NCBI GenBank assembly: GCA_964467225.1
Contig: CAYXPQ010000003.1
Location: forward strand, 4,276-68,275
Reading direction: 5' to 3'
DNA: 64,000 nucleotides
From: an uncultured Candidatus Saccharibacteria bacterium
GTDB taxonomy: Bacteria > Patescibacteriota > Minisyncoccia > Phycocordibacterales > PALSA-1337
Numbering within the stretch: the first letter of the stretch is position 1; every line of letters begins with the position of its first letter. This document shows positions 29,415 to 39,650 of this stretch, one piece after another. A program made the position numbers and the translations under genes. Below the pieces are notes generated by a model. The model was not told the DNA's origin. It did no database searches and worked only from the letters and a program-made list of their open reading frames with translations.

Positions 29415-30716
29415 ATGAATAATACTGTTATAACAAGATTTGCACCTTCTCCTACTGGGTTTCTGCATATTGGAGGAGTTAGAACTGCATTATTTAATTA
29501 TCTCTTTGCAAAGAAGAATAGTGGCAAATTTGCTTTGAGAATTGAGGATACAGATAAATTGAGAAACAAAGAAGAGTGGACTACTGGATTGATTGAGGAT
29601 TTGAACTGGTTAGGTCTTAAACATGACATTTTTGTTAGACAGAGTGACAAAGTTTCTATTCATAGTTCATATATTCAGAAAATGATTGATTCTGGGCATG
29701 CATATATCTCAAGAGAACAAAATATTGAAGAAGGCCAAAGATCTGAAGTGATTAGATTTAAGAATCCAAACAAAAAGGTTGTAATAAATGATTTGATACG
29801 AGGAGAAGTAGTAGTCGATACTACAGATTTAGGAGATTTTGTTATCGCTAGGAGTTTGGAGGAACCAGTGTATCATTTGGCTGTAGTTGTGGATGATTTT
29901 GAAATGGGAATTACTCATGTTATACGTGCTGAAGAGCATTTATCTAATACACCCAGACAAATTCTTATTCAAGAGGCTATAGGAGCTCCTAGGCCATTAT
30001 ATGCACATTTACCGCTTGTTTTGGCAGAAGACAGATCTAAGCTTTCAAAAAGAAAACATGGCGAATCTGTATCATTAACCTATTATAGAAATAGGGGATA
30101 TTTGCCTCAAGCAATCTTAAATTTTGTTGCTTTGATTGGCTGGAATCCAGGCACAGATCAAGAGATATTTAGTTTAGAGGAACTGATAAATTCATTTGAT
30201 TTGTCTAAGGTTCAAAAGGGTGGAGCAATATTTAATGTCCAGAAACTAAATTGGGTAAATAAGAAATACATTGACGCAATGTCAATGGATGACTTTGCTA
30301 AAAGTGTAGTACAATACAATGTACCCACGAAACTTCTGCAATTAGTCAAAGAGAAAATCAACAAATTTTCTGATATCCCCGACCTACTTTCAAATGAGCT
30401 TTCATTTGTAGGTTCTATTCCAGATTATGATATGAATTCTTTGAAATGGAAACAGGAACCTAATCTTATAAACACCAAATCTTATATAGAGAATATAATT
30501 AATATTCTTTCAAAAATAGAGGATTTTAATAAGAATTCAGTAAAAGACGCAATTTGGTCATTAGCAGAGGAGAAGGGTAAAGGCAACATATTGTGGCCCA
30601 TGAGATTTGCATTGTCTGGCAAAGACAAATCACCTGATCCATTTATATTGTGTGAAATTTTGGGCAAAGAAGAATCTCTAAAACGTTTGAGATATGCTTA
30701 TGAAAAATTACAATAA
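29415..30716 (+). CDS. gltX: Glutamate--tRNA ligase
   Basis: RFAPSPTGFLHIG, RIEDTD, KLSKR. Confidence 0.97.
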   Translation: MNNTVITRFAPSPTGFLHIGGVRTALFNYLFAKKNSGKFALRIEDTDKLRNKEEWTTGLIEDLNWLGLKHDIFVRQSDKVSIHSSYIQKMIDSGHAYISREQNIEEGQRSEVIRFKNPNKKVVINDLIRGEVVVDTTDLGDFVIARSLEEPVYHLAVVVDDFEMGITHVIRAEEHLSNTPRQILIQEAIGAPRPLYAHLPLVLAEDRSKLSKRKHGESVSLTYYRNRGYLPQAILNFVALIGWNPGTDQEIFSLEELINSFDLSKVQKGGAIFNVQKLNWVNKKYIDAMSMDDFAKSVVQYNVPTKLLQLVKEKINKFSDIPDLLSNELSFVGSIPDYDMNSLKWKQEPNLINTKSYIENIINILSKIEDFNKNSVKDAIWSLAEEKGKGNILWPMRFALSGKDKSPDPFILCEILGKEESLKRLRYAYEKLQ

Positions 30717-31989
30717 GATAATAATATTTTCATTTCTAATTTTTTTTAATTTAAATTTTGTTAGAGCTGAAACCATTGAAGAACTAAAAAGTAAGATTAG
30801 TGATAAAAATGATGCTATTCAAAGACTAGAACAAGAAATAAGGCAGTATCAATTAGATATTGACGCATTAGGTCAAGAGGCTAATTCCCTAAAAAATAAT
30901 TTAAAGTCTCTTGATATTTCAAAAAAGAAATTAGAAGCAAGTATAAAGATCACTGAAAATAAAATCGCTTCTCGTAACCTAGAAATCAAGGAATTATCAC
31001 TACAAATAGGGGATAAAAGTGACAGAATAAATGACAGTAAAAGAGTTATTTCTCAATCGTTATATAAAATATCTCAAACAGATTCTGCCTCTGTTATAGA
31101 AGCAATTTTTGGCCAGAAATCATTCTCAGAAATCATCAATAGTTCTGATCAATTAGCAATATTACAAGCTAATATGCAGGATAGAATACATGAGCTTGAG
31201 GATTTGAAAGAAAATTTAGAAGAAAATAAGAAGCTCACAGAACAAAAAAAGAAAGAGCTTGTTTCATTGACAAATGATTTAAGGAATGAAACTAAGATTA
31301 TTGCTGATACTGTAAAAGAAAAGAATTTAATTCTTCTTGAGACCAAAAATACTGAGTCTAATTACAAAAAATTATTGACAGCTAAACAGATTGAGAAAGA
31401 AGTATTTGAGAAAGAGATTCTTGAGTTTGAAGCAAATCTAAAAACAATTATTGACCCTAATAGTATTCCAAATTTTAATACAGGTACATTAAGGTGGCCC
31501 CTAGATCATATAAGAATAACTCAATATTTTGGTAATACAGAATTTGCAGCTAGGAATCCTCAAGCCTATGCAGGAAAGGGTCATAATGGTATTGATTTTG
31601 GAGCATATATTGGTACTCCAGTTAAGGCTGCATTATCTGGTGTCATTGTTGATTCTGGAAATATGGATTTAGCTAATAAGGGTAAATGTAAGAATTATGG
31701 TTCTTACGGTAAATGGATATTAGTTAAGCATAATAACGGTCTTGCAACTTTGTACGCACATTTATCACTTATTAAGTCAGTCAAAGGCCAAAAGGTCTCT
31801 ACAGGGGAAGTTATCGCGTATAGTGGTAATACTGGCACATCGTTTGGCCCACATCTTCATTTTACAGTATTTGCTTCTGACGGAGTAACTATTGCGAAGT
31901 TGGTAAACAGTAAAAATTGCAAGAATGCAGTTTTACCAGTAGCTCCACGAGCTGCCTATCTTAATCCGCTTTCATATTTACCAGATTAA
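30694..31989 (+). CDS. Coiled-coil M23 peptidase (EnvC/CwlO-like)
   Basis: Signal peptide, long coiled coil, HNGID, YAHL, GPHLHF. Confidence 0.9.
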   Translation: MLMKNYNKIIIFSFLIFFNLNFVRAETIEELKSKISDKNDAIQRLEQEIRQYQLDIDALGQEANSLKNNLKSLDISKKKLEASIKITENKIASRNLEIKELSLQIGDKSDRINDSKRVISQSLYKISQTDSASVIEAIFGQKSFSEIINSSDQLAILQANMQDRIHELEDLKENLEENKKLTEQKKKELVSLTNDLRNETKIIADTVKEKNLILLETKNTESNYKKLLTAKQIEKEVFEKEILEFEANLKTIIDPNSIPNFNTGTLRWPLDHIRITQYFGNTEFAARNPQAYAGKGHNGIDFGAYIGTPVKAALSGVIVDSGNMDLANKGKCKNYGSYGKWILVKHNNGLATLYAHLSLIKSVKGQKVSTGEVIAYSGNTGTSFGPHLHFTVFASDGVTIAKLVNSKNCKNAVLPVAPRAAYLNPLSYLPD

Positions 31990-32011
31990 AGGTAATATTT
32001 AATTCAACATT

Positions 32012-33169
32012 ATGTATAGAAAAACCTATATTGAAATTGATACCACTAGTCTCAAAAATAATGTGCAGAATATTTTGAATAATTATTCTGGATACAAGTA
32101 TTATATTGGCGTAGTTAAAGGAAATGTCTATGGTCATGGATATGAAAGTATTAAATATTTATTAGAATCAGGTATAAATTATCTCGCAACATCAACTCTC
32201 GAGGAGGCAATCAAAATTAGAGAGCTCTATCAAGATATTCCAATAATGTGCCTTCAGCCAATTTATATCAAGGATATTAATGTGGCAATAGAGAATAATA
32301 TCTCAATAACTATTTCAGATTATGATTATTTCAATAATCTAATTAAATTAAACTTATTAAAAGGAGTTAAATTTCATTTAAAAATAAATAGTGGTTTAAA
32401 TCGATTAGGAATATCAGACATGAATCATGTCTTGGATATTATTAATTTTTGCAAGAATAATTCATTTATTCAAGTAGAAGGGATTTTCTCTCATTTTGCA
32501 ACAACTGGCATATATGAGAAGCATTGGGATGATCAATTAGAGAAATTTAGAAACATTACTTCGTTAATTAATCTAAGTGAAATACCAATTGTTCATCTCG
32601 GAAGAAGTCTTACACTCTTAAACCATGAAAAGATTGACATAGTTAATGCTGTACGAGTTGGCGCTGTTATGTATGGCTACTATACCACCTCATTAAGGTT
32701 GAAGGGGTTAAGGGCATTTCTCAGAGAAGTAAAAAGGAAGATTGATACAAGATTATTCAATATAAGTAAAACAAATCGAATTATAAAAGGCCATTTTGAA
32801 CAATGTTTATCTTTATTTAGTGAAATTATAGAAATCAAAAAAATTAAAAAAGGAGAATATATTGGGTACGGATCTTTTTATCAAGCAAAAAATGATATTT
32901 ATACAGGAATAATACCAATTGGTTATGCTGATGGATTCTTTAGAAGTAACAATAGAGGTTATGTTTCAATAAATTCTAAGAAATATCAAATAATCGCTGT
33001 TGATATGGGAATGTTGATTGTGGTTATTGATAGTTCAGTCAAATTATATGACAAGGTAGAAATCTTGGGTCACAATATCACTGCTCATGATCTTGCAAAA
33101 AGAAACAAAACAACAGTCTATGAGGTTCTGTGTGCATTTAAAGATACAATCCCTAGAATATTAAAATAG
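32012..33169 (+). CDS. alr: PLP-dependent alanine-racemase-family enzyme
   Basis: VVKGNVYGHG, HLKINSGLNRLG, GIFSHF, PIGYADG, DM; substrate not certain. Confidence 0.85.
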   Translation: MYRKTYIEIDTTSLKNNVQNILNNYSGYKYYIGVVKGNVYGHGYESIKYLLESGINYLATSTLEEAIKIRELYQDIPIMCLQPIYIKDINVAIENNISITISDYDYFNNLIKLNLLKGVKFHLKINSGLNRLGISDMNHVLDIINFCKNNSFIQVEGIFSHFATTGIYEKHWDDQLEKFRNITSLINLSEIPIVHLGRSLTLLNHEKIDIVNAVRVGAVMYGYYTTSLRLKGLRAFLREVKRKIDTRLFNISKTNRIIKGHFEQCLSLFSEIIEIKKIKKGEYIGYGSFYQAKNDIYTGIIPIGYADGFFRSNNRGYVSINSKKYQIIAVDMGMLIVVIDSSVKLYDKVEILGHNITAHDLAKRNKTTVYEVLCAFKDTIPRILK

Positions 33170-33176
33170 AAATTAC

Positions 33177-34391
33177 ATGCAAAAAATGGATTTCACAGTA
33201 TTAATATTGGGCTCGGATATTAATGCCTACTATATGGCTCGCTGTTTCCATGAATTATATAATTTAAAAGTCGACATGATGGCGAGGCTATTTTCTGGCC
33301 CAACAAAGTTTACGAGTATTATTAATCCAATACTCATTTCAGGTAATTCAAATTCAATTATTCTTGATAATTTAAATAAATACGCTCAAAATTCTAGTTT
33401 TAATAAGATTCTTTTGATTGCAACTAGTGATAAGTCGGTCAGACAAGTCGTAGAAATGAAAGATAAATTAGACAAAAAATTTGTTTTTAATTATCCGACT
33501 ATTGAAATAATTAATAATTTACTTATAAAGGCAAATTTTTATAGAGAATTTTCGAATGAGCTTAATTTACCCAAGACATTGATATATTCATGTAATAATA
33601 ATTCTTTACCCAAAGTAAATTTTGAATATCCAATTATATTAAAGCCATCTAATAACATTGAATATCACAATCATGAATTTACTAATATGAGCAAGGTATA
33701 TAAGATATATGATGAAAATGAACTTTATGAAATAGTAAACAAAATAAAATCCGCAGGATACAGAGACGAGCTTATAATTCAAGAATTTATACCTGGAGGT
33801 GATGACTCATTGTTCGATGCAGTATTTTATTGTGGCAAAAATAAAAAAGTTAAATTAATGACATTTGCGCAGATTGGGTTGCAGGAAAGGACTAATACTG
33901 GGGTGGGGAATTGTACAGTTCTTGTGAATGGATTTGATGAACATGGTTACAAAGATGAAATAGTAATAAAAATGAAAAATTTTCTTGAGAAGATTGGCTA
34001 TCAAGGATTTGCTGAATTTGATTTAAAATATGATTCAAGAGACCAAAGCTATAAAGTTTTTGAAATTAATCCTAGGCAAGCAAGAAGTAGTTATTATTTA
34101 ACAGCCTGTGGTCATAATCTAGTCAAATATCTGATCGATGATCTTATTTATAATAAGGAAATTGGTACCATACTTATTAAAGATAAAATTTTACTGACAT
34201 TTGTACCAAGATATGTAATAAGAAAATATGTAAATAGCATACCTCTCAAAAGAGAAATCGAAAATTTAATTAAAATGGGGAAAATTACAAGGCCACTGCA
34301 TTACAAAAATGATAAGTCGCTAGCACGAAGGATATATTTATTACTTAGAGATTTAAACTATATTTCTAAGTATAGAAAATTTACCTTTTAA
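33177..34391 (+). CDS. ATP-grasp carboxylate-amine ligase, D-aspartate ligase (AslA-like)
   Basis: ILGSDINAYYMARCFHE, YPIILKP, IIQEFIPGGD, GFAEFDLKYD.RD, FEINPRQARSSYY. Confidence 0.8.
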   Translation: MQKMDFTVLILGSDINAYYMARCFHELYNLKVDMMARLFSGPTKFTSIINPILISGNSNSIILDNLNKYAQNSSFNKILLIATSDKSVRQVVEMKDKLDKKFVFNYPTIEIINNLLIKANFYREFSNELNLPKTLIYSCNNNSLPKVNFEYPIILKPSNNIEYHNHEFTNMSKVYKIYDENELYEIVNKIKSAGYRDELIIQEFIPGGDDSLFDAVFYCGKNKKVKLMTFAQIGLQERTNTGVGNCTVLVNGFDEHGYKDEIVIKMKNFLEKIGYQGFAEFDLKYDSRDQSYKVFEINPRQARSSYYLTACGHNLVKYLIDDLIYNKEIGTILIKDKILLTFVPRYVIRKYVNSIPLKREIENLIKMGKITRPLHYKNDKSLARRIYLLLRDLNYISKYRKFTF

Positions 34392-36216
34392 CAAAGAATT
34401 CTTCGTACCAAACTAGAAACGTCAATATTGTCCATATCTTTCTAGCATTGTTTATCTTGGATTTTTTATGTTCATCTAAATATCCTAAAATCACTTTTTG
34501 ATCAAAATATTTGGCCGATGTTTCTCCCTCGAAATATTGTTTAACCAGATTATAGTGCTTTTCTTCTCTAAGCCATTCAACTAATGGTAAAGGGAATGCC
34601 ATTTTAATTCTATTTGCGCTTCTTGGATTTATCTTTTTAGCTGTTGAATTACGTAAAGCAAGTTTAGTATTTTGCTCACTAACTTTGAACTTACTTGGAA
34701 TTGTTCTAGCTAATTTGAATATCTCAATATCCAAGAAGGGAACACGCAATTCAAGTGAGCTGGCCATACTCATTTTGTCAGCTTTAAGCAGAATTTCTTG
34801 CACCATCCACATGTGCATGTCTAGATATTGCATTTTAGTTATATCATCTAAATTCTTCACTTCATCATAGTATTTTTTAGCAATTAAGTAAGGATTGGAG
34901 GGTTTAAAATTATTCTTGAGTATGTTTATTTTTTCATCAACTGTGAAGATATTACTGTTACCCAAATATCTTTCTTCAATAGGCTTTGCACCTCTTATTA
35001 AAAAGTTTTTGCCTTTAAACTCAGGTAGAGGAAGGACTAATTTGGCAATCATTTTCCTTAATGGTAGGGGCAGAATTGAATATCTAGCTATAGCTAGAGG
35101 CTCCTTATAAACATTGTATCCACCGAACATTTCATCAGCTCCTTCACCAGACTGGACGACTTTAACCTTACTAGAAGCAAGTTTTGATAAGAAAAACAAC
35201 AAATTTGCACTAGGATTAGCCAGAGGTTCATCTAAATAATATTGAACTTTTCCAATATTATCAAAGTACTCCTCTGAATTTATTAATTTAACTTCATTCT
35301 CCACACCAATTTCTTTAGCTAATTCCTTGGCACTAATATCTTCACTATATCTCTTGTCATTAAAACCTATAGTGAAGGTCTTTATCTTACCCAATCTCGA
35401 TAGCTCATAAGCTACTATACTGGAATCTACACCTCCAGAAAGGAAACATCCGACTTCCACATCACTTATCTTATGAGTATACACTGATTCTTCTAGAGTC
35501 TGAGATATTTTTTTTGAAAAGAAATCTATATCTTTATCAGCCTCAATATCAAAACTAATATTAAAATATTTATCAATCTTTAATTCACCATTCTGATACT
35601 CAAAGTAATGTCCAGGTAATAATTTATAGACATTTTTAAAGAAAGTATCACTTCCAGGAATACAGCTGAAAGTTAAATAATCAGATAATTTATCTTCATT
35701 AAACTCTTTTTTAAAATTTGGATGTGGAAGAAAGCCTTTGATTTCAGATCCAAAAATAAATGTTTTTTCTGATTTATAATAATATAGCGGTTTAATTCCA
35801 AAGAAATCTCTTGCACCAAACAGCATTTTGTTTTTTGAATCCCAAATTACGAATGAGAACATTCCTCTCAATTTCATTAACAAATCCTTTCCATATTCTT
35901 CATAGCCATGAATAAGAACCTCAGAGTCAGTATGTGTATAGAACTTATGTCCCTTTTTTAATAGATCATTTCGTAAAACCTGAAAATTATATATTTCACC
36001 ATTAAATACTAAAACCTCAGTTTTATCTTCGTTATAAATAGGCTGGGAACCACCTTGAAGATCAATTATGCTTAATCTTCTAAAACCTAGAGAAATATTG
36101 TCATCTGAATAACTATCTTCAGAATCAGGACCTCTATGAGATATTTTAGAAAGCATATTTGACAATACCTCCTTGTTATTATCTATTTTACCTGTATATC
36201 CAATAAATCCACACAT
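34381..36216 (-). CDS. asnB: Asparagine synthetase B-type amidotransferase (AsnB/AsnH-like)
   Basis: MCGF, HRGPD, FNGEIYNF, LSGGVDSS, GEGADE.FGGY, ELRVPFLD. Confidence 0.95.
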   Translation of the reverse strand: MCGFIGYTGKIDNNKEVLSNMLSKISHRGPDSEDSYSDDNISLGFRRLSIIDLQGGSQPIYNEDKTEVLVFNGEIYNFQVLRNDLLKKGHKFYTHTDSEVLIHGYEEYGKDLLMKLRGMFSFVIWDSKNKMLFGARDFFGIKPLYYYKSEKTFIFGSEIKGFLPHPNFKKEFNEDKLSDYLTFSCIPGSDTFFKNVYKLLPGHYFEYQNGELKIDKYFNISFDIEADKDIDFFSKKISQTLEESVYTHKISDVEVGCFLSGGVDSSIVAYELSRLGKIKTFTIGFNDKRYSEDISAKELAKEIGVENEVKLINSEEYFDNIGKVQYYLDEPLANPSANLLFFLSKLASSKVKVVQSGEGADEMFGGYNVYKEPLAIARYSILPLPLRKMIAKLVLPLPEFKGKNFLIRGAKPIEERYLGNSNIFTVDEKINILKNNFKPSNPYLIAKKYYDEVKNLDDITKMQYLDMHMWMVQEILLKADKMSMASSLELRVPFLDIEIFKLARTIPSKFKVSEQNTKLALRNSTAKKINPRSANRIKMAFPLPLVEWLREEKHYNLVKQYFEGETSAKYFDQKVILGYLDEHKKSKINNARKIWTILTFLVWYEEFFVKR

Positions 36217-36277
36217 AATAATTAGGCAAGATTATAACACAAAAATTATGAATAAAATATGGTATAATCATAAAATC

Positions 36278-37594
36278 ATGAGGAAATTTCTAAAGAAATT
36301 ACTACCGCAATCAATTTTTGATAAGTACTATTACTATACATCAATGCTCGGTTCTGCTATCTATGGATTCCCATCAGAGAAAATGATTGTTATAGGTGTA
36401 ACAGGAACAAAAGGTAAAACATCAACAATTAATTTTATTTGGACTTGTTTGATGGCGGGTGGGTACAAAACTGGAATTATAAGTACTGCAAATATCAAAA
36501 TAGGTGATGAAGAAGTTCTAAATAACTATCATATGACTATGCCTGGAAGATTTGTCATTAGTAGTCTTATGGCAAGGATGGTCAAAAATGGTTGTAAATT
36601 CTGCATTGTTGAGACAACATCAGAAGGTATCAAACAACACAGACATGTTGGTATAGTATATGATATTTTTGTATTTACAAATCTCTATCCAGAACATTTA
36701 CCGTCACATGATAATAGTTTTGATAAATACAAGGCAACAAAAGCTATTCCATTTAGAAATCTTTCTTTATCAGAGAAAATAATAAATGAAAAAAAAATAG
36801 ATCGAATTATTATTATAAATAAAGACAGCGAACATGTAGATTATTACTTACAATTCAATGCAGACAAAAAATTTACTTTTTCAATAAATACTGAGTCTGA
36901 CAATAGGGCAGTGGAGATTAAAAGCTTACCTGATGCAGTTAAATTCAAATTAAATGGGGAAGAATACTCTCTACAAATTCTTGGTGAATTTAATATTTAC
37001 AATGCTTTACCAGCCATAATAATTGCAAAAGCCTTTGACATTAGTTATGAAAATATTAAAAAAGGTTTATCAGAATTAAATTTAATTCCTGGAAGAATGG
37101 AATTAATAAATGTGGGACAAGATTATACAGTAATAGTTGACTATGCTCATGAGAAGGAGAGTATGACAAATGTTTTGAAGACCGCTATTTCGATACGCAA
37201 GTCCCCTACTAACAAAATTATAGTTTTACTAGGCGCTGAAGGAGGGGGTAGAGATAAGGCAAAGAGACCTCTAATGGGCAGAATTTCTGCTGAGTTAGCG
37301 GATTATGTGATTGTTGCTAATGTAGATCCATATGAAGATGATCCAAAAGAAATTTTAGAGGATATTGCTATTGCATCAGAGCGAAATGGTAAAATTAGAA
37401 ATCAAAATCTCTTTGTTATCGAAGATCGCACACAGGCTATAACAAAAGCCCTTTCATTGGCTAATAAAGACGATATAGTCATCATCACGGGCAAAGGAGC
37501 TGAACAAAGTATCGTTATTGGAGGTGTCTCAAGACCATGGGACGATAGAGTTGTCGTAAGAGATGCTATAATTAAGCAATTAGAAAATAAATAA
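36278..37594 (+). CDS. murE: MurE-type UDP-MurNAc-tripeptide synthetase
   Basis: GVTGTKGKTST, ETTSEG, FTNL.PEH, PGRME, VDYAH, TGKG; DNPR replaced by VDPY; ATG at 36278. Confidence 0.88.
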   Translation: MRKFLKKLLPQSIFDKYYYYTSMLGSAIYGFPSEKMIVIGVTGTKGKTSTINFIWTCLMAGGYKTGIISTANIKIGDEEVLNNYHMTMPGRFVISSLMARMVKNGCKFCIVETTSEGIKQHRHVGIVYDIFVFTNLYPEHLPSHDNSFDKYKATKAIPFRNLSLSEKIINEKKIDRIIIINKDSEHVDYYLQFNADKKFTFSINTESDNRAVEIKSLPDAVKFKLNGEEYSLQILGEFNIYNALPAIIIAKAFDISYENIKKGLSELNLIPGRMELINVGQDYTVIVDYAHEKESMTNVLKTAISIRKSPTNKIIVLLGAEGGGRDKAKRPLMGRISAELADYVIVANVDPYEDDPKEILEDIAIASERNGKIRNQNLFVIEDRTQAITKALSLANKDDIVIITGKGAEQSIVIGGVSRPWDDRVVVRDAIIKQLENK

Positions 37595-37599
37595 ATCAT

Positions 37600-37872
37600 A
37601 TGATTAAGTGGATTATCATAATAGTAGCTTTATTGGTCTTTCTAGGTTACATTGGCTTTGATGTTCGCAAGGCAATAGAAGCACCTACAACTCAAAGCAA
37701 TCTTACTTATGCTAAAAATGTGACAGTCTATGTGTGGACAAAATATTTACAAAAACCAGCAACATATCTATGGAAGGAAGTATTTGTGAAATTAATATGG
37801 ACTCCAGCTATAAGAATATTATCAGACAAAATCGGAGGGGGGAACAGCACAGCAACTTCTACATCACCATAA
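37600..37872 (+). CDS. Small membrane hypothetical protein
   Basis: 90 aa, N-terminal TM helix, directly after murE. Confidence 0.7.
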   Translation: MIKWIIIIVALLVFLGYIGFDVRKAIEAPTTQSNLTYAKNVTVYVWTKYLQKPATYLWKEVFVKLIWTPAIRILSDKIGGGNSTATSTSP

Positions 37873-37875
37873 TAG

Positions 37876-38617
37876 GTTATGCGACATTATATTGTTATGC
37901 TAAACTTCAGTAATGAGTTTAAACAACAAGTGGTCGTTAGATAGAATAAAAAAAGGATTTGACTTATTCTATAAGGAATTCGGTCATTACCCTACATCAA
38001 CAGAAATTGATAACTACAAAAATCTTCCATCGTCACGTCAAATTCAAAGAAGGTTCGGCGGTCTGCCAAATCTACGTAAGCAATTAAGTATTGGTGGTCA
38101 ATTAGACTATACAAGAGGTCAACATAGCTCAGAACGTGCAAATAAAATCAACCTGTGTGCAAACAAGATTGAAAAAGAAGTATACGAATACCTAGTCACA
38201 AAATTTGGTGTGCAATTTGTACATAGAGAATTTTTTTTCAATGATGATAGACGAACTAGAACAGATTTTTATGTATATCACAAAACTGGAACATTCTCTG
38301 TAGATACATTTTATCCTAGTACAATAAGAAATCTTAATCACTGCCTTAATAGCAAACTATCATCATATAAGGGACTAGAAATAAAATATCCAATAATATT
38401 CCTGATGATGAATGAATCAATACATGAAGACAGTATTGAACAGTTAATAGGCAACAAGTTGAACAAATTGAGATCAAATCAGTCTGTAATGACTTTCGTT
38501 CGGTTCAAGAGTTTTTGCAACAATCTTAATAGAGCTACGCAGATATAATATAATCATTAGCCCTTATTATCTAAATGTCGTATAACATATCATAATAAAA
38601 GATATATTGTGCGACGT
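37876..38617. repeat. Inverted 13-bp motif flanking ORF 37913-38548, plus a third degenerate copy
   Basis: GTTATGCGACATT (37876-37888) vs AATGTCGTATAAC (38574-38586), 12/13; TTGTGCGACGT at 38607-38617. Confidence 0.65.
37913..38548 (+). CDS. Homing-endonuclease-associated-repeat + PD-(D/E)XK-like nuclease
   Basis: FYKEFGHYPT..E.D...LPS..QIQRRFGG repeat-like N-terminus; EKEV...RTDFYV...SVD C-terminus. Confidence 0.55.
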   Translation: MSLNNKWSLDRIKKGFDLFYKEFGHYPTSTEIDNYKNLPSSRQIQRRFGGLPNLRKQLSIGGQLDYTRGQHSSERANKINLCANKIEKEVYEYLVTKFGVQFVHREFFFNDDRRTRTDFYVYHKTGTFSVDTFYPSTIRNLNHCLNSKLSSYKGLEIKYPIIFLMMNESIHEDSIEQLIGNKLNKLRSNQSVMTFVRFKSFCNNLNRATQI

Positions 38618-38881
38618 GGTATCTTTGGCAAAGTAGGTCTAATAAATAAAATTCTTCTTACTCCCTTTTTACCTATACCTACTATAAAAATTTGAAAAAA
38701 TATTTTAATATATTAATTATAAAATTTATGGAACAAGAAACATTTGATAGATTACTGATACTAATTATAGTCTTTTCAATTTTCTTTTCGTAGTAGGGTA
38801 GTTATAAATAGAGAAAACCACAGAGAGCCTTGTGGTTTTCTGTGGTTGAGACTTAGGAACTGACACTTCCCTAGTCTTGAG

Positions 38882-39463
38882 TCAGTAATCAACAGCACAG
38901 GTTTTTGTTGCTGTAGGTTTCCTGAAAAGAACAATACATAGGAGTATGGAGTTGAAAAACATACTTGAGACTGCAAGGATGACTCCACTGAAACTCCAGT
39001 CTGACCCAAGTAGCGTACAGAAGCACGCAACAATGGTGAATCCCCAGACGGGCCAAGTGCCACGAATAGGGTTTCTCCACTGATCAATGAAATTGGGAAT
39101 ACCAGCGGTATTCATTGCAACAATGCCAGCCACAAGGCCAAGCATTGCTCCGTAAGAAAACCAGATATAGGTAGCAATTGCTGCACCCATTGCACTAATG
39201 GTTTCCTTGTATGACCAGAGCCATTTACCCCGAGCAATGAGAGCAACTGTCACACTTCCCGCTCCAAGAGTCCAGGCTCCTGGTAACCAGCCTGGCTTGG
39301 CATTTGCCAAAGTAGTCACAAGAAGTAAGGAATCTAGGATAGTCCACATCAGCCAGCTGGCCGGTGTGGATGCAGGAACCTTGCGGTTCCAGACATTCCA
39401 TGCAAACCTGATTAGGACACTGAAGGCAATAACGCCTCCAATATATGTGAAGAACAGTTTCAA
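38882..39463 (-). CDS. Multi-TM membrane protein (cassette)
   Basis: 193 aa hydrophobic, GC-rich; GGAGG before TTG; promoter TTGACT-17-TAGACT (39558-39530); hairpin 38813-38840. Confidence 0.75.
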   Translation of the reverse strand: MKLFFTYIGGVIAFSVLIRFAWNVWNRKVPASTPASWLMWTILDSLLLVTTLANAKPGWLPGAWTLGAGSVTVALIARGKWLWSYKETISAMGAAIATYIWFSYGAMLGLVAGIVAMNTAGIPNFIDQWRNPIRGTWPVWGFTIVACFCTLLGSDWSFSGVILAVSSMFFNSILLCIVLFRKPTATKTCAVDY

Positions 39464-39650
39464 ATTTACCTCCAGATTTATTTTGGTTGAAATTTAAGCC
39501 TTGTCTAAGGACACCAAAACTCTAGGATTAGTCTATCAAATTAAGACACTAAAGTCAATATGTGTCTATGGTAGCTCGTACACAAAAACATTCAAAACAA
39601 AAAACCAACCATAGCTGGTCGGTTTTTTGTTATCATCTATTCCCTATTAT

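Noticed and set aside
37895-37906. TTATGCTAAACT as the XerD arm of dif
   Set aside because: The same string precedes alaS (6604-6615) and fits an extended -10 promoter 6 nt before an ATG.
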